This document shows positions 1 to 9,148 of a stretch of 64,000 nt of DNA, one piece after another (the stretch's first letter is position 1; each line of letters starts with the position of its first letter). This DNA is from an uncultured Chloroflexia bacterium. GTDB lineage: Bacteria > Chloroflexota > Chloroflexia > Thermomicrobiales > UBA6265. The notes beneath the pieces are model-generated. The model did no database searches. It was not told the origin of the DNA and was given only the letters and a program-made list of their open reading frames with translations. Made by a program: the position numbers and the translations under genes. Where the stretch lies: NCBI GenBank assembly GCA_963724295.1, contig CAVRUC010000010.1, forward strand, positions 90,304 to 154,303. Direction: 5' to 3'.

Positions 1-1
1 G

Positions 2-1753
2 GGTCAGTCCGGATCGAACCGCGCCTCGCTGATGGCACTGGTGGACAAGGGTATTGTCGAGGAAGTGGAGCGAATCCAGGGTCTGCACGTGCCCGTGCCG
101 GACCGCGGTCAGGACAGAGTTCCGGAGCTGACTCCGGCACAGTCCGTCGCCTGGAACGCGATCGAACGCGCCCTCCACACCCGGGACAGCACTCCCTTCC
201 TGCTCTACGGCGTCACCGGCAGCGGGAAAACCGAGCTCTATCTGCGCGCCGCCGCCTGGTGCCTTCGCCACGGAAAATCAGCGCTGGTGCTCGTGCCGGA
301 GATCGCCCTGTCGTCGCAGGTCGCCGATCGGTTCGCTTCCCGCTTCGGCGACCGGGTGGCGGTGCTCCACTCCGGTCTTTCCGACGGGGAGCGCTACGCC
401 GCCTGGCAAGGAATCGCCGCCGGGCGCTATCCAGTGGTGGTCGGACCTCGCTCCGCGCTCTTCGCCCCGGCCCCGAACGTGGGATTGATCGTCCTCGATG
501 AAGAGCACGACCCGGCCTACAAGCAGGATTCCGTGCCTCGCTACCACGCGCGATCGGTTGCCGAGCACCTGGCGCAGTCGCTGGGTGCGGTGCTGATCCT
601 GGGCAGCGCGACACCGTCCGTCGAGACCTTCTGGCGGTCCCAGCAGGGCGACGTCTGTTTGCTCGCGTTACCAGAGCGGGTCGGACCCGAGCTGCTGGCA
701 ACGGACGGGTCGCGCGAAAGCACCGCCCTGGAGCTGCCTCGGGTCGACGTCGTCGACATGCGCCTGGAGCTGCACCGTGGCAACACGTCATTGTTGAGCG
801 TACCGCTGCAGGAGTTACTGGCCGGCACATTGCGGCGCAACGAGCAGGCGATTCTGCTCCTCAACCGGCGCGGTCTGGCGACGGTCGTTCTCTGCCGCGC
901 CTGCGGCACGGTGCTGCAGTGTCCGTATTGCGATATTCCACTCGTCTATCACCAGGACCGAGAGCGGCTCGTCTGTCATCGCTGCGACTACCGGGAGGCG
1001 CCGCGGCGCGCCTGCCCCACCTGCGGTGGACCACTCGATTATTTCGGAGCGGGAACGCAACGCGTCGAGAGTGAGGTCCGCCGGCTCTTCCCGTCGGCGC
1101 GCGTGCTGCGCTGGGATCAGGATGCCGTCCGCCGCGCCGGCGGTTCGGAAGGATTGCTGCGTCAGGTCGAGCGCGGCGAGATCGACGTGGTGGTCGGCAC
1201 GCAGATGGTCTCCAAGGGGTTCGATCTCCCCCGCGTGACCGCCATCGGAGTCGTCAACGCGGACACGGGGCTTCACCTCCCGGATTTCCGCTCCGGAGAG
1301 CGCACCTTCAGCCTCCTGACCCAGGTGGCTGGTCGAGCCGGCCGGCGCGGACCCGGATCACGCGTGGTCGTGCAGAGCTACACGCCGGAGCACTACGCGA
1401 TCCAGGCCGCCTCGCGACACGACTATGATGGCTTTTTCACCGAAGAGATCGATTTCCGACGCCAGCATCGATACCCGCCATTCGTGCGGCTGGCGCGCTA
1501 TCTCTACCGCAACCGCAACGACGCCGCGTGCGCCAGGGCCGCCGACCAGATGGCGCGCAAGCTCGCTCGTCACGCTCGGGAGCGGGGCGTGTCCATGGAC
1601 CTGCTCGGTCCCGCCCCCGCCTTCGCTTCGCGCGTCCGCGGCGACTACCAGTGGCAGGTCGTTCTCCGCTCCTCAGATCTCGAGGCGCTACTGGATGGAA
1701 TCCCGGTCGATCCGGGCTGGACAGTTGACATCGACCCGCAGAGCCTGCTCTAA
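2..1753 (+). CDS. priA: primosomal protein N' (PriA replication-restart helicase), 5' end outside window
   Basis: Frame of ORF 32..1753 stays open to the window edge. Walker A GVTGSGKTE and DEEH box are present. Paired Cys motifs CRACGTVLQCPYCD and CHRCDY..CPTCGG are typical of the PriA zinc-binding insertion. Confidence 0.9.
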   Translation, partial: GQSGSNRASLMALVDKGIVEEVERIQGLHVPVPDRGQDRVPELTPAQSVAWNAIERALHTRDSTPFLLYGVTGSGKTELYLRAAAWCLRHGKSALVLVPEIALSSQVADRFASRFGDRVAVLHSGLSDGERYAAWQGIAAGRYPVVVGPRSALFAPAPNVGLIVLDEEHDPAYKQDSVPRYHARSVAEHLAQSLGAVLILGSATPSVETFWRSQQGDVCLLALPERVGPELLATDGSRESTALELPRVDVVDMRLELHRGNTSLLSVPLQELLAGTLRRNEQAILLLNRRGLATVVLCRACGTVLQCPYCDIPLVYHQDRERLVCHRCDYREAPRRACPTCGGPLDYFGAGTQRVESEVRRLFPSARVLRWDQDAVRRAGGSEGLLRQVERGEIDVVVGTQMVSKGFDLPRVTAIGVVNADTGLHLPDFRSGERTFSLLTQVAGRAGRRGPGSRVVVQSYTPEHYAIQAASRHDYDGFFTEEIDFRRQHRYPPFVRLARYLYRNRNDAACARAADQMARKLARHARERGVSMDLLGPAPAFASRVRGDYQWQVVLRSSDLEALLDGIPVDPGWTVDIDPQSLL

Positions 1754-1859
1754 CCGGGTGGCACGAAATCCGCTTGATGAAGAACGTCAGTTGCGCAGTT
1801 AATGGGAGTGTCGGCGTATGCCGGCGAACGGGCAGGCGAAAACGGAGGGTTTTGTGATC

Positions 1860-2303
1860 ATGGCGCGACGCCGTGGAGCGTGGACGTTCAGCCGTGGAGC
1901 GGCAATCGCGCTCATTGCCCTGGGTCTGGTGGCCTGCGGCGAGACTGTGGCTCCAACTGATCCCGGCGAGGAAATCACGCCGCCTGTGCCGTTGTCACCC
2001 ACCGCCGGAGAAATCCCGGAAGATACATTCCAGGCTATGGCCACCATCACCGATGAGGGTCTGGACCCGGATCGATTCGCCGGCGAGGTCGGGACGGCAT
2101 TCCAGCTCGTGGTGCAGAGCGACGGCAGTGAGCACACCCTGGAGATCCAGGAGCTTGTGGCCCCAACGACCATCGCAGCGGAGGGGCAGACGACGATCGA
2201 CTTCACGGTCGTCGGAGACTCCGGTGAGCTGGACATCCTGCTTGATGGCGAGACTGTCGGCACGTTCGAGCGGCAGGGTGCCGGTGGCATCACGGATAGT
2301 TAG
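1860..2303 (+). CDS. small secreted lipoprotein, function unknown (beta-rich, possibly cupredoxin-like)
   Basis: GGAGG lies 11 nt upstream of ATG 1860. The signal peptide ends in lipobox LVAC. No catalytic motif recognised. Confidence 0.6.
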   Translation: MARRRGAWTFSRGAAIALIALGLVACGETVAPTDPGEEITPPVPLSPTAGEIPEDTFQAMATITDEGLDPDRFAGEVGTAFQLVVQSDGSEHTLEIQELVAPTTIAAEGQTTIDFTVVGDSGELDILLDGETVGTFERQGAGGITDS

Positions 2304-2439
2304 CCACCGCAGCCTCAGAGCGGCGATCGGTCCCCTCCAGACTATCGCGGTCAACAGTTGAGACGACGCCCCGCACTGGCCGATACTCTCCCTAACTGGC
2401 GGTCATCGCCGATGCTTGCAAGTGGAGCTCGGTCAATTC

Positions 2440-2970
2440 ATGGCGCTTCTCGAAATACTGCTCGAAGGTGACCCGCGACTGCGACAGAAGGCGCTGCGGA
2501 TTCGAAACGTGGATGACAGCCTGCGCCGTCTCGCCGAAGACATGTACGAGACCATGCTGGCCGCGCCTGGAGTGGGGCTGGCGGCGCCACAGATCGGGGT
2601 ATTGCGGCGGTTGATCTGGGTCCACGTGCCGGAGAACTTCCACGACGAAGGCGGTCCGGAACTCTCCATTCCGCTGGTCAACCCCGAGATCGTCAAGGCC
2701 AGCGGTCGGATCCTCGGTTATGAGGGGTGCCTGAGCATTCCCGGCTGGACCGGCGAGGTGCCGCGCGCCGAAGCAGTGACGGTCAAGGGGATGGGGCTCG
2801 ACAACCGGCCGGTGCGCATCAAGGCTCGCGGCTGGGGGGCGCGCGTCCTCCAACACGAGATCGACCATCTCGACGGCATCCTGTTCATCGATCGCGTCGA
2901 AGATACATCGACCATCGTCCAGGTTCCCGACGATGAGCCGGTCGAGGGTCCAGTCGAGGCGGCTGACTGA
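2440..2970 (+). CDS. def: peptide deformylase
   Basis: All three Def motifs are present: GVGLAAPQIG, EGCLSIPG, QHEIDHLDG. Start is placed at MALLEILLEGDP, which matches the usual Def N-terminus. Confidence 0.9.
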   Translation: MALLEILLEGDPRLRQKALRIRNVDDSLRRLAEDMYETMLAAPGVGLAAPQIGVLRRLIWVHVPENFHDEGGPELSIPLVNPEIVKASGRILGYEGCLSIPGWTGEVPRAEAVTVKGMGLDNRPVRIKARGWGARVLQHEIDHLDGILFIDRVEDTSTIVQVPDDEPVEGPVEAAD

Positions 2971-2978
2971 ACGCCATG

Positions 2979-3644
2979 CTAGAGGTGAATCTCCGCCTGG
3001 TTCGTGCGGCACGACTCGGCGCGGACGATGGCGGCAATCTCATTCAATGCGGCTTCGAGCCGGTCCTGCTTGTTGAAGACCACGTAGTCGAAGCTGGGCG
3101 CGGAGGCTAGCTCTCGCGTGGCGGTCGCAAACCGGGTCATCAGCTCCGTCGGATCGTCGGTCTTACGATGCTTGAGCCGCTGCAGCAGCGTCGGCGCCGA
3201 CTCGGGCGCCAGGAAGATTGAGACCGCGTCCGGCACGATGCGCTCGATCTCGGCGGCGCCCTGGACATCGACCTTGACGAAGACATCCTGGCCTCGCGCC
3301 AGCGCCGCGCGTACGGGACCCTTCAACACGCCGTAGAGATTGCCGTAGACGGTGGCTGACTCGAGAAACTCCCCCTCGGCGAGCCGCTCACGGAAGTCGC
3401 CCTCGCTGAGAAAAAAGTAGTGAACGCCGTCGATCTCACCAGGGCGGCGCTCCCGGGTCGTGGCCGTAACCGCGAAGAAGGCCTCCGGGAAACGTTCCCG
3501 GAGCTGCTCGATGACGGCATCCTTGCCAACCCCGGATGGCCCGGAGATGATAAAAACCCGCGGGCGGCGGAGCGCTCGCAGGTCACCGATCAGATCGTCG
3601 GCGTCCTCACCAAGATGATCGCCCGCGACCGGCTTTACGTTCAT
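2979..3644 (-). CDS. gmk: guanylate kinase
   Basis: P-loop ISGPSGVGKDAV and overall Gmk-like sequence. Start is placed at Met33 of ORF 2979..3740; the exact start is uncertain. Confidence 0.85.
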   Translation of the reverse strand: MNVKPVAGDHLGEDADDLIGDLRALRRPRVFIISGPSGVGKDAVIEQLRERFPEAFFAVTATTRERRPGEIDGVHYFFLSEGDFRERLAEGEFLESATVYGNLYGVLKGPVRAALARGQDVFVKVDVQGAAEIERIVPDAVSIFLAPESAPTLLQRLKHRKTDDPTELMTRFATATRELASAPSFDYVVFNKQDRLEAALNEIAAIVRAESCRTNQAEIHL

Positions 3645-3789
3645 GCTCGCGACCTGGTGGTCCGGTCCCGAGTCGCTGCCGGCTCGCTCACCCGGTTCCA
3701 GCTCGACGACGGCGCTAGCTTCAGACCCGGTCTTCGTCACGCGCGTCCACTTTCCGGGCCACGGGGGCCGATTCGCGAAAGGTTGTTCT

Positions 3790-5671
3790 GTGCCCGATCC
3801 CTACGATGTCCTCACCGTCGCGGCAATCGCCGACGAGCTGAGCGCGACCATCGGCAACGGCCGTATCCAGCGCATCGGCTTGCTCGATCCGCGCACGATT
3901 GGCGCCGAGATCTATGCGGGCGGGCAACGTCATCACCTGATTGCCAGCGCTAACGACCGCCAGCCGCGACTTCGGCTCGCGCCTGACATGCCATCGCTGG
4001 ACTCAGCTCTGGTCACCCCGTTCGGACTCCTCCTCCGCAAGCACACCCGCGGCGGGATCATCCTTGGCATCGACCAACCGCCGCTGGAACGGTTGGTGCG
4101 CCTCAGTATAGCCAAGCGTCAGGCGCCCCTCAAAACAGGGCGGAGCGCCTCGCGGCCCGATGAGACCGAGATCGAAGTTGATGAACTTGATGAACTTGAT
4201 GAACTTGATGAACATCATGAATCCCGGGAGGGAGTAGCGCTGAACCATGTCGCCCTCTACATCGAGCTGATGGGGCGGCGCTCGAACCTGATCCTGGTCG
4301 ACGACGGCGGGCGGATCATGGAGAGCGCCAAGCGGGTGACAGGAGCAATGAGCCGCGTGCGGCCGGTACTCCCTCGCCTGCCCTATGTTCCACCGCCGCC
4401 GCCGGATCGACTCGATCCCCGGAGCATCACTCCGGCCTCCGCCGCGCAGCTTCTCGCATCGTTATCACCGGATGCCGGGCTGGCGCGCGCACTCGTCAGC
4501 GCCTATCACGGCCTCAGTCCGATCATGGCCGATGAGATCGTGTTCCGAGCCACGGGTTCGAGCGAGACCCGTGCCGGCGATGTGAACGCGGAGAGCGCGG
4601 AGTCGCTGGCACGCAATACATTGGCGTTGCTGGAGCCGTTGCGGACAACGGCCTGGAGCCCTCACATCTATCGCGAGCGGGGGCAAGCCGATCCGGGCGA
4701 GGTTGTCGCGTGCTCCCCGATCCTGATGACCCACCTCGCCGCGGAACACGACGTCAGCCCGGTCGAGAGCATGTCGGGAGCGCTGGCGACTGGCGGAGAG
4801 CGCCGCCGACCGCCCCAGCCCGGCGCGGCACGCCCAGCGCCGGCAGCGTCTGCTGGACTCGGTGGCAGCGGCGCGTGAGAAGGCAGAACGCCGGTTGGCG
4901 GCGCTGGCGACCGAATCGACACGAGCGGCCGAGGCCGAGCGGCTCAAGACCGCGGGCGAGCTGATCTACGCTCATCTCTGGCAGATCGAACCGGGTCAGA
5001 CATCGCTGGAGATCGACGGCGCATCGATTCCGCTCGATCCGGGTCTGACCGCGAACGAGAACGCCCAGAACTACTTCGAGCGCTACCGCAAGGCGCAGAG
5101 CGCGGAGACACAACTGCCGGGCCTGGTCGAGGAGAGCCGGGCGGAGATCGCCTATCTCGACCAACTGGCGACATTGATCGCACAGGCGCCGGGATTCTCC
5201 GAGCTGGAGGCTCTAGCCGCGGAGTTGGCGGAGCTAGCGCCGCCGGATCCTGCATCGCGGCCAAGAAAGTCGACCGCTCCGCGGCGGCCGCGGGCGCTCG
5301 TCGACACAAACGGGAATAGCGTCTACGTTGGCCGCAGTGGCCTCCAAAACGAGCTCGTCACCTTCGACATCGCCGGTCCGGACGACACCTGGCTGCACGC
5401 GCGCGGCGTCGGCGGCTCACACGTGGTGATCCGCTGGCGATCCCCTGACAGCCCCGAAGCCCCTGAGACCGTCGAAGCGGCGGCCGCCCTAGCCGCCTGG
5501 TACAGCGCGGCACGAGAGAGCGGCCGCGTCGAGGTCGACGTCGCGCCACGGCGCCACGTGCGTAAGATCAAAGGCGCCCGACCCGGGATGGTCACCTACC
5601 GCAACGAGCGGACGATCCGCGTTCAGCCCACGCCGGAAGAGCGCCTGCGCCACATCCTGTCAGACCGCTGA
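3790..5671 (+). pseudogene. rqcH: NFACT-family ribosome quality control protein (RqcH/FbpA-like), reading frame interrupted
   Basis: The N-terminus is NFACT-N-like (DVLTVAAIADELSATIGNGRIQRI). The C-terminus is NFACT-R/DUF814-like (VYVGRSGLQNELVTF..HARGVGGSHVVIRW). The two halves lie in frames 1 and 2. Frame 2 is open from 4730 and frame 1 stops at 4878, so the shift lies at about 4790-4830. Confidence 0.75.
4177..4212 (+). repeat. in-frame 9-bp tandem repeat (CTTGATGAA x4) inside rqcH, encoding VDELDELDELDE
   Basis: Read directly from the sequence. It forms a local AT-rich island in a GC-rich gene. Confidence 0.95.
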
Positions 5672-7054
5672 CTCAGAGCTGTTCGACGAATTATCCGCGT
5701 CCGTCGTCACCAGCACCCGGTCGACCCGGCGGCCATCCATGTCGACGACCTCGAAGCGATGCCCGCTCCAATCGGTGGTGTCGCCGACGTCAGGGATCCG
5801 CTCCAGACGCGACATCAGGAAACCACCCAGGGTCTCATAGTCCCCGTTCTCTTCACCCGGGAGTGGGTCGTCGATCTCGAGCACGTCGCGCACTTCGTGC
5901 ACCGGCAGCGCACCGTCGAGCAACCAGGAGCCGTCGTCCCGGCGCACGACTTCTCCACTCCGCTCCTGGGAGACCGCCAGGTCACCGGTGATGGCTTCCA
6001 TGAGATCATGCAGGGAGATCAGCCCCTGGATACCGCCATATTCGTCGACGACCATCGCCGCGTTGCTGGCTCGGTCGCGGAAGCGCTGCAGCACCTCCAG
6101 CGCCGGCATCGACTCGGGAACGATCAGGGCTGGCTCGGTCAACGCGCGCAGATCGATGGGGTCGCCGCTGAGCGAGGCGGCCCACAGTGACTTGACCGGC
6201 GCCATCCCCACCAGCCGATCGAGATCGCCCTCATAGACGGGGAAGATCTGATGCGGCGAAGCGGCCATCTTGCGGAAGCTCTCGTCCAGAGGATCGTCAA
6301 CGTCGAGGGCGACCAGTCGATACCGCGGAGTCATCAACTCGCGAGCTTCGCGGTCCCCAAGGTCGAAGATCCCTTCGACCATCTCATGCTCGGCTGGAGC
6401 AAACACTCCCGCCGCCGCCCCCTCCTGAAGCAGGATCTCGATCTCTTCTTCTGTGATGGGCGGGTCGCCGGCGTGTCGCACTCCAAGGAGGCGCAGGATG
6501 AGGTCCGAGGAAGCGCCGAGGAATGTGACGAGAGGAGCCGCGACCTTGGAGAGGAGATTCATCGGCTGAGCGACCGCCATGGCGAGCCGCTCCGGGTTCT
6601 GCAGTGCCAGGCGCTTCGGCACCAGCTCGCCGACGAGGAGCGAGAGGTAGGTGACGAGCCCGACGACGAGGACCACCGCGATCGTCTGGCTGTACGGGGC
6701 GATGGCCGGAACACGTGCCAGATACCGCGCCACCGGCTCGGAAAGCGTCGCGCCGCCGTAGAAGCCTGTGATGATGCCGATGAGCGTGATACCGATCTGG
6801 ACGGTCGACAGAAATCGGTTTGGATGCTCGGCCAGCCGCAGCGCCGCCGCGGCGCGTTCGTCGCCTTCTTCAGCCCATTGCTGCAGCCGTGTCTTGCGCG
6901 CCGAGGCGACAGCCAGCTCGGACATGGCAAACACGCCATTGAGCAGAAAGAGGATGAAAAGCAGGATGATATCCAACGCCACCTTAGGTTCCCTGACCGG
7001 TGCCAAACGCACGTCCGGCGCGCCAGAACCTGGCGCGCCGGAGGTCATGCACAA
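5660..7054 (-). CDS. HlyC/CorC (CNNM) family transporter: DUF21 membrane domain + CBS pair + CorC_HlyC domain
   Basis: The N-terminal TM region (LNGVFAMSELAVASARKTRL), tandem CBS-like region and C-terminal CorC-type domain are recognisable. Start is uncertain. Confidence 0.85.
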   Translation of the reverse strand: MCMTSGAPGSGAPDVRLAPVREPKVALDIILLFILFLLNGVFAMSELAVASARKTRLQQWAEEGDERAAAALRLAEHPNRFLSTVQIGITLIGIITGFYGGATLSEPVARYLARVPAIAPYSQTIAVVLVVGLVTYLSLLVGELVPKRLALQNPERLAMAVAQPMNLLSKVAAPLVTFLGASSDLILRLLGVRHAGDPPITEEEIEILLQEGAAAGVFAPAEHEMVEGIFDLGDREARELMTPRYRLVALDVDDPLDESFRKMAASPHQIFPVYEGDLDRLVGMAPVKSLWAASLSGDPIDLRALTEPALIVPESMPALEVLQRFRDRASNAAMVVDEYGGIQGLISLHDLMEAITGDLAVSQERSGEVVRRDDGSWLLDGALPVHEVRDVLEIDDPLPGEENGDYETLGGFLMSRLERIPDVGDTTDWSGHRFEVVDMDGRRVDRVLVTTDADNSSNSSESAV

Positions 7055-7069
7055 TCGATGCGAGCGGTT

Positions 7070-7900
7070 TCAACTGGTAGCCGGACTCTCCACCGGTTGG
7101 CGAGCGAACAGCCGGGCGATAATGATGCCGGCCTCATAGAGCAGGTACAACGGAAAGAAGACGATCGCCATATTGAACGGGTCGGTCGACGGCGTAATCA
7201 CTGCCGACAGGATGAGCAGGATCAGGATCGCGTATTTGCGGAAGGAGCGCATCTTCGCCGGGCTCGCCACGCCGAGCTTGGCCAGAATGAACATCACCAC
7301 CGGCAGCTGGAACGCCAGTCCCAACCCCAACATCAGCGTCAGGAAGAAGGTGATGACAGAGCTGCCCTCCGGACTCCACTCGAACAGGTCATTCATGAAG
7401 CCAGAGAGAAACGTCAACGCCCGCGGCGCGGCAAAGAAGAAGGCATACGCCACGCCGAGCAGGAATAGCAGGACGACAAACGGCATCGAGAGATAGAGCA
7501 GCCGCTTTTCCTTCTTCGTCAGCCCAGGTACCAGGAACCCCACCAACTGCCACATCAACACCGGCAGTGCGATGCCGATCGCGATGTAGAGGGCGATCTT
7601 GAAATAGAGCGTGATCGGATCGGTCGGACTGACGACGTCGAAGCCCCCGATGGCGTTGGCTTCGATCTGGAGCCGCTTGAGGAGTGGACCCGCCAGGAAG
7701 ATACCAGCGACGAATGCGACGCCAATCGCAATCACGCTCTTGACGATCCGGTCGCGCAGCTCCTCCATGTGCTCGAGGAGCGTCATCTCCTCGAAAACGT
7801 CGGGCTCGTTGGGATCCGGCAACCGCGGTCGCGACGGCAGTCTGGCCGGAAGCTTGATCGGGATCTTCTTCAGTTTTGGCGGTTTCAGTGCGCGGGCCAT
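7070..7900 (-). CDS. tatC: twin-arginine translocase subunit TatC
   Basis: MTLLEHMEELRDRIVKS N-terminal motif followed by six hydrophobic segments typical of TatC. Confidence 0.9.
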   Translation of the reverse strand: MARALKPPKLKKIPIKLPARLPSRPRLPDPNEPDVFEEMTLLEHMEELRDRIVKSVIAIGVAFVAGIFLAGPLLKRLQIEANAIGGFDVVSPTDPITLYFKIALYIAIGIALPVLMWQLVGFLVPGLTKKEKRLLYLSMPFVVLLFLLGVAYAFFFAAPRALTFLSGFMNDLFEWSPEGSSVITFFLTLMLGLGLAFQLPVVMFILAKLGVASPAKMRSFRKYAILILLILSAVITPSTDPFNMAIVFFPLYLLYEAGIIIARLFARQPVESPATS

Positions 7901-8023
7901 GAGTGGCTCTCTCCAGTCGGTGTGCGGGTGCCGGGCGTGATCGCCGGGGGAGCGGAACGGACGAAGTCGTGCCCCCGCTCGGCCGAGATATGCGGCTACC
8001 CGCGTCTCACCGCGGACCGCACG

Positions 8024-8260
8024 CTACCCGCTGTGCTCGTCGATATATTGCACCGCATCCGAGACGGTGCGGATATTTTCGGCATCCTCGTCCTTGATCT
8101 CGAGGTCGAACTCCTGCTCCATCGCCATGATGACTTCGACCAGGTCGAGCGAATCGGCGTTGAGATCGCCGATGAACTCGGAGTCCATCGCTACTTTGTC
8201 TTCGTCGACGCCGAGCCTGTCGGCGACGATCACACGAACGCGCTCAAACGTCGTAGCCAC
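8024..8260 (-). CDS. acpP: acyl carrier protein
   Basis: Phosphopantetheine attachment motif [15 protein letters not shown] start at 8260 is preceded by GGGGAGGA 6 nt upstream. Length is 78 aa. Confidence 0.9.
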   Translation of the reverse strand: MATTFERVRVIVADRLGVDEDKVAMDSEFIGDLNADSLDLVEVIMAMEQEFDLEIKDEDAENIRTVSDAVQYIDEHSG

Positions 8261-8468
8261 CCTCGATCCTCCCCACCATACGCCGCACGACACGGACGCG
8301 TTGGTTCAACGGAGACCCTTCCCCAGGTCTTGCACGTGCAGCAGGTTCCGCGGTACAGCCGCCATCGGCAAAAACCGCGATCGGGCGCGCCTTCAGCCGT
8401 TCGGACCTGACCGCGGCGATGATACACCCTCCCCTGCATGCCGACCATGCGAGTCCCCTCATCCCCAA

Positions 8469-8497
8469 CCCTTCTCCCCTCGGAGCGGGGAGAAGGG
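8469..8497 (-). other. perfect 11-bp-stem hairpin (CCCTTCTCCCC-TCGGAGC-GGGGAGAAGGG) between nusB stop and acpP
   Basis: Read directly from the sequence. No clear U-tract follows, so a terminator role is only a possibility. Confidence 0.35.
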
Positions 8498-8578
8498 AGC
8501 ACGATCCCGGACACGAGTGGCGCCCCTCTCCAAGCGCACTGGGCCGGGTACCCTCTGGGTGGCGGTTGGGGTGAGGGA

Positions 8579-9093
8579 CTATTGCTTCGCCGCTGACGTT
8601 TCATTCGCGCGGGGGTGCGCTTCGAGAATCGTGCGCAGCACGCCGTTGATAAACCGTCCGGAGTTCTCCCCCCGAAACTCTTGGCGAGCTCGACGCCCTC
8701 ATTGATGACGACTTTCGGCGGCACGTTCGGGGCATGCAGCAGCTCATATGCCGCCAGTCGCAAGACGTTGCGCTCGATGGCGGCTTGCTCGGCGAGATCG
8801 CGCGCCGGCGCCGCTCCGGCGATGACCGGATCGAGCGATGTGCGATGCTGGCCGACGCCCCGCACGAGTGTTTGCACATGCGCGACCACGTCAGGGGTGA
8901 CAGGCTCATGCTCCGCGAACGCCCGCGCCATGGCTTCTTCCGGATCGTGGTCTGTCAGGTCGATCTCGTAGAGCACCTGCAGAGCAAGCATTCGCCCCTG
9001 GTGGCGGCGCGCCGCGACATCGGCCGAGGATCCCCGACTTCGTCCTCCACGCCGTGCGGGTTTCGATACGACGTGCTCCTCTTCGGTCGTCAC
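8579..9093 (-). pseudogene. nusB: transcription antitermination factor NusB, frame broken at a G6 (plus-strand C6) run
   Basis: The NusB core is present (RMLALQVLYEIDL.., ERNVLRLAAYELL, VVINEGVELAKSFGG). After the C-run at 8668-8673 the canonical C-terminus ENSGRFINGVLRTILEAHPRANETSAAKQ-stop continues in the adjacent frame and ends at 8579. GTG start at 9093 has a GAGGAG RBS. Confidence 0.85.
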
Positions 9094-9148
9094 CGCTGCT
9101 CCTCGGATTCCATCGTTTGCGCGTTTGCCTGAGTGCGTGGACCCGAGA

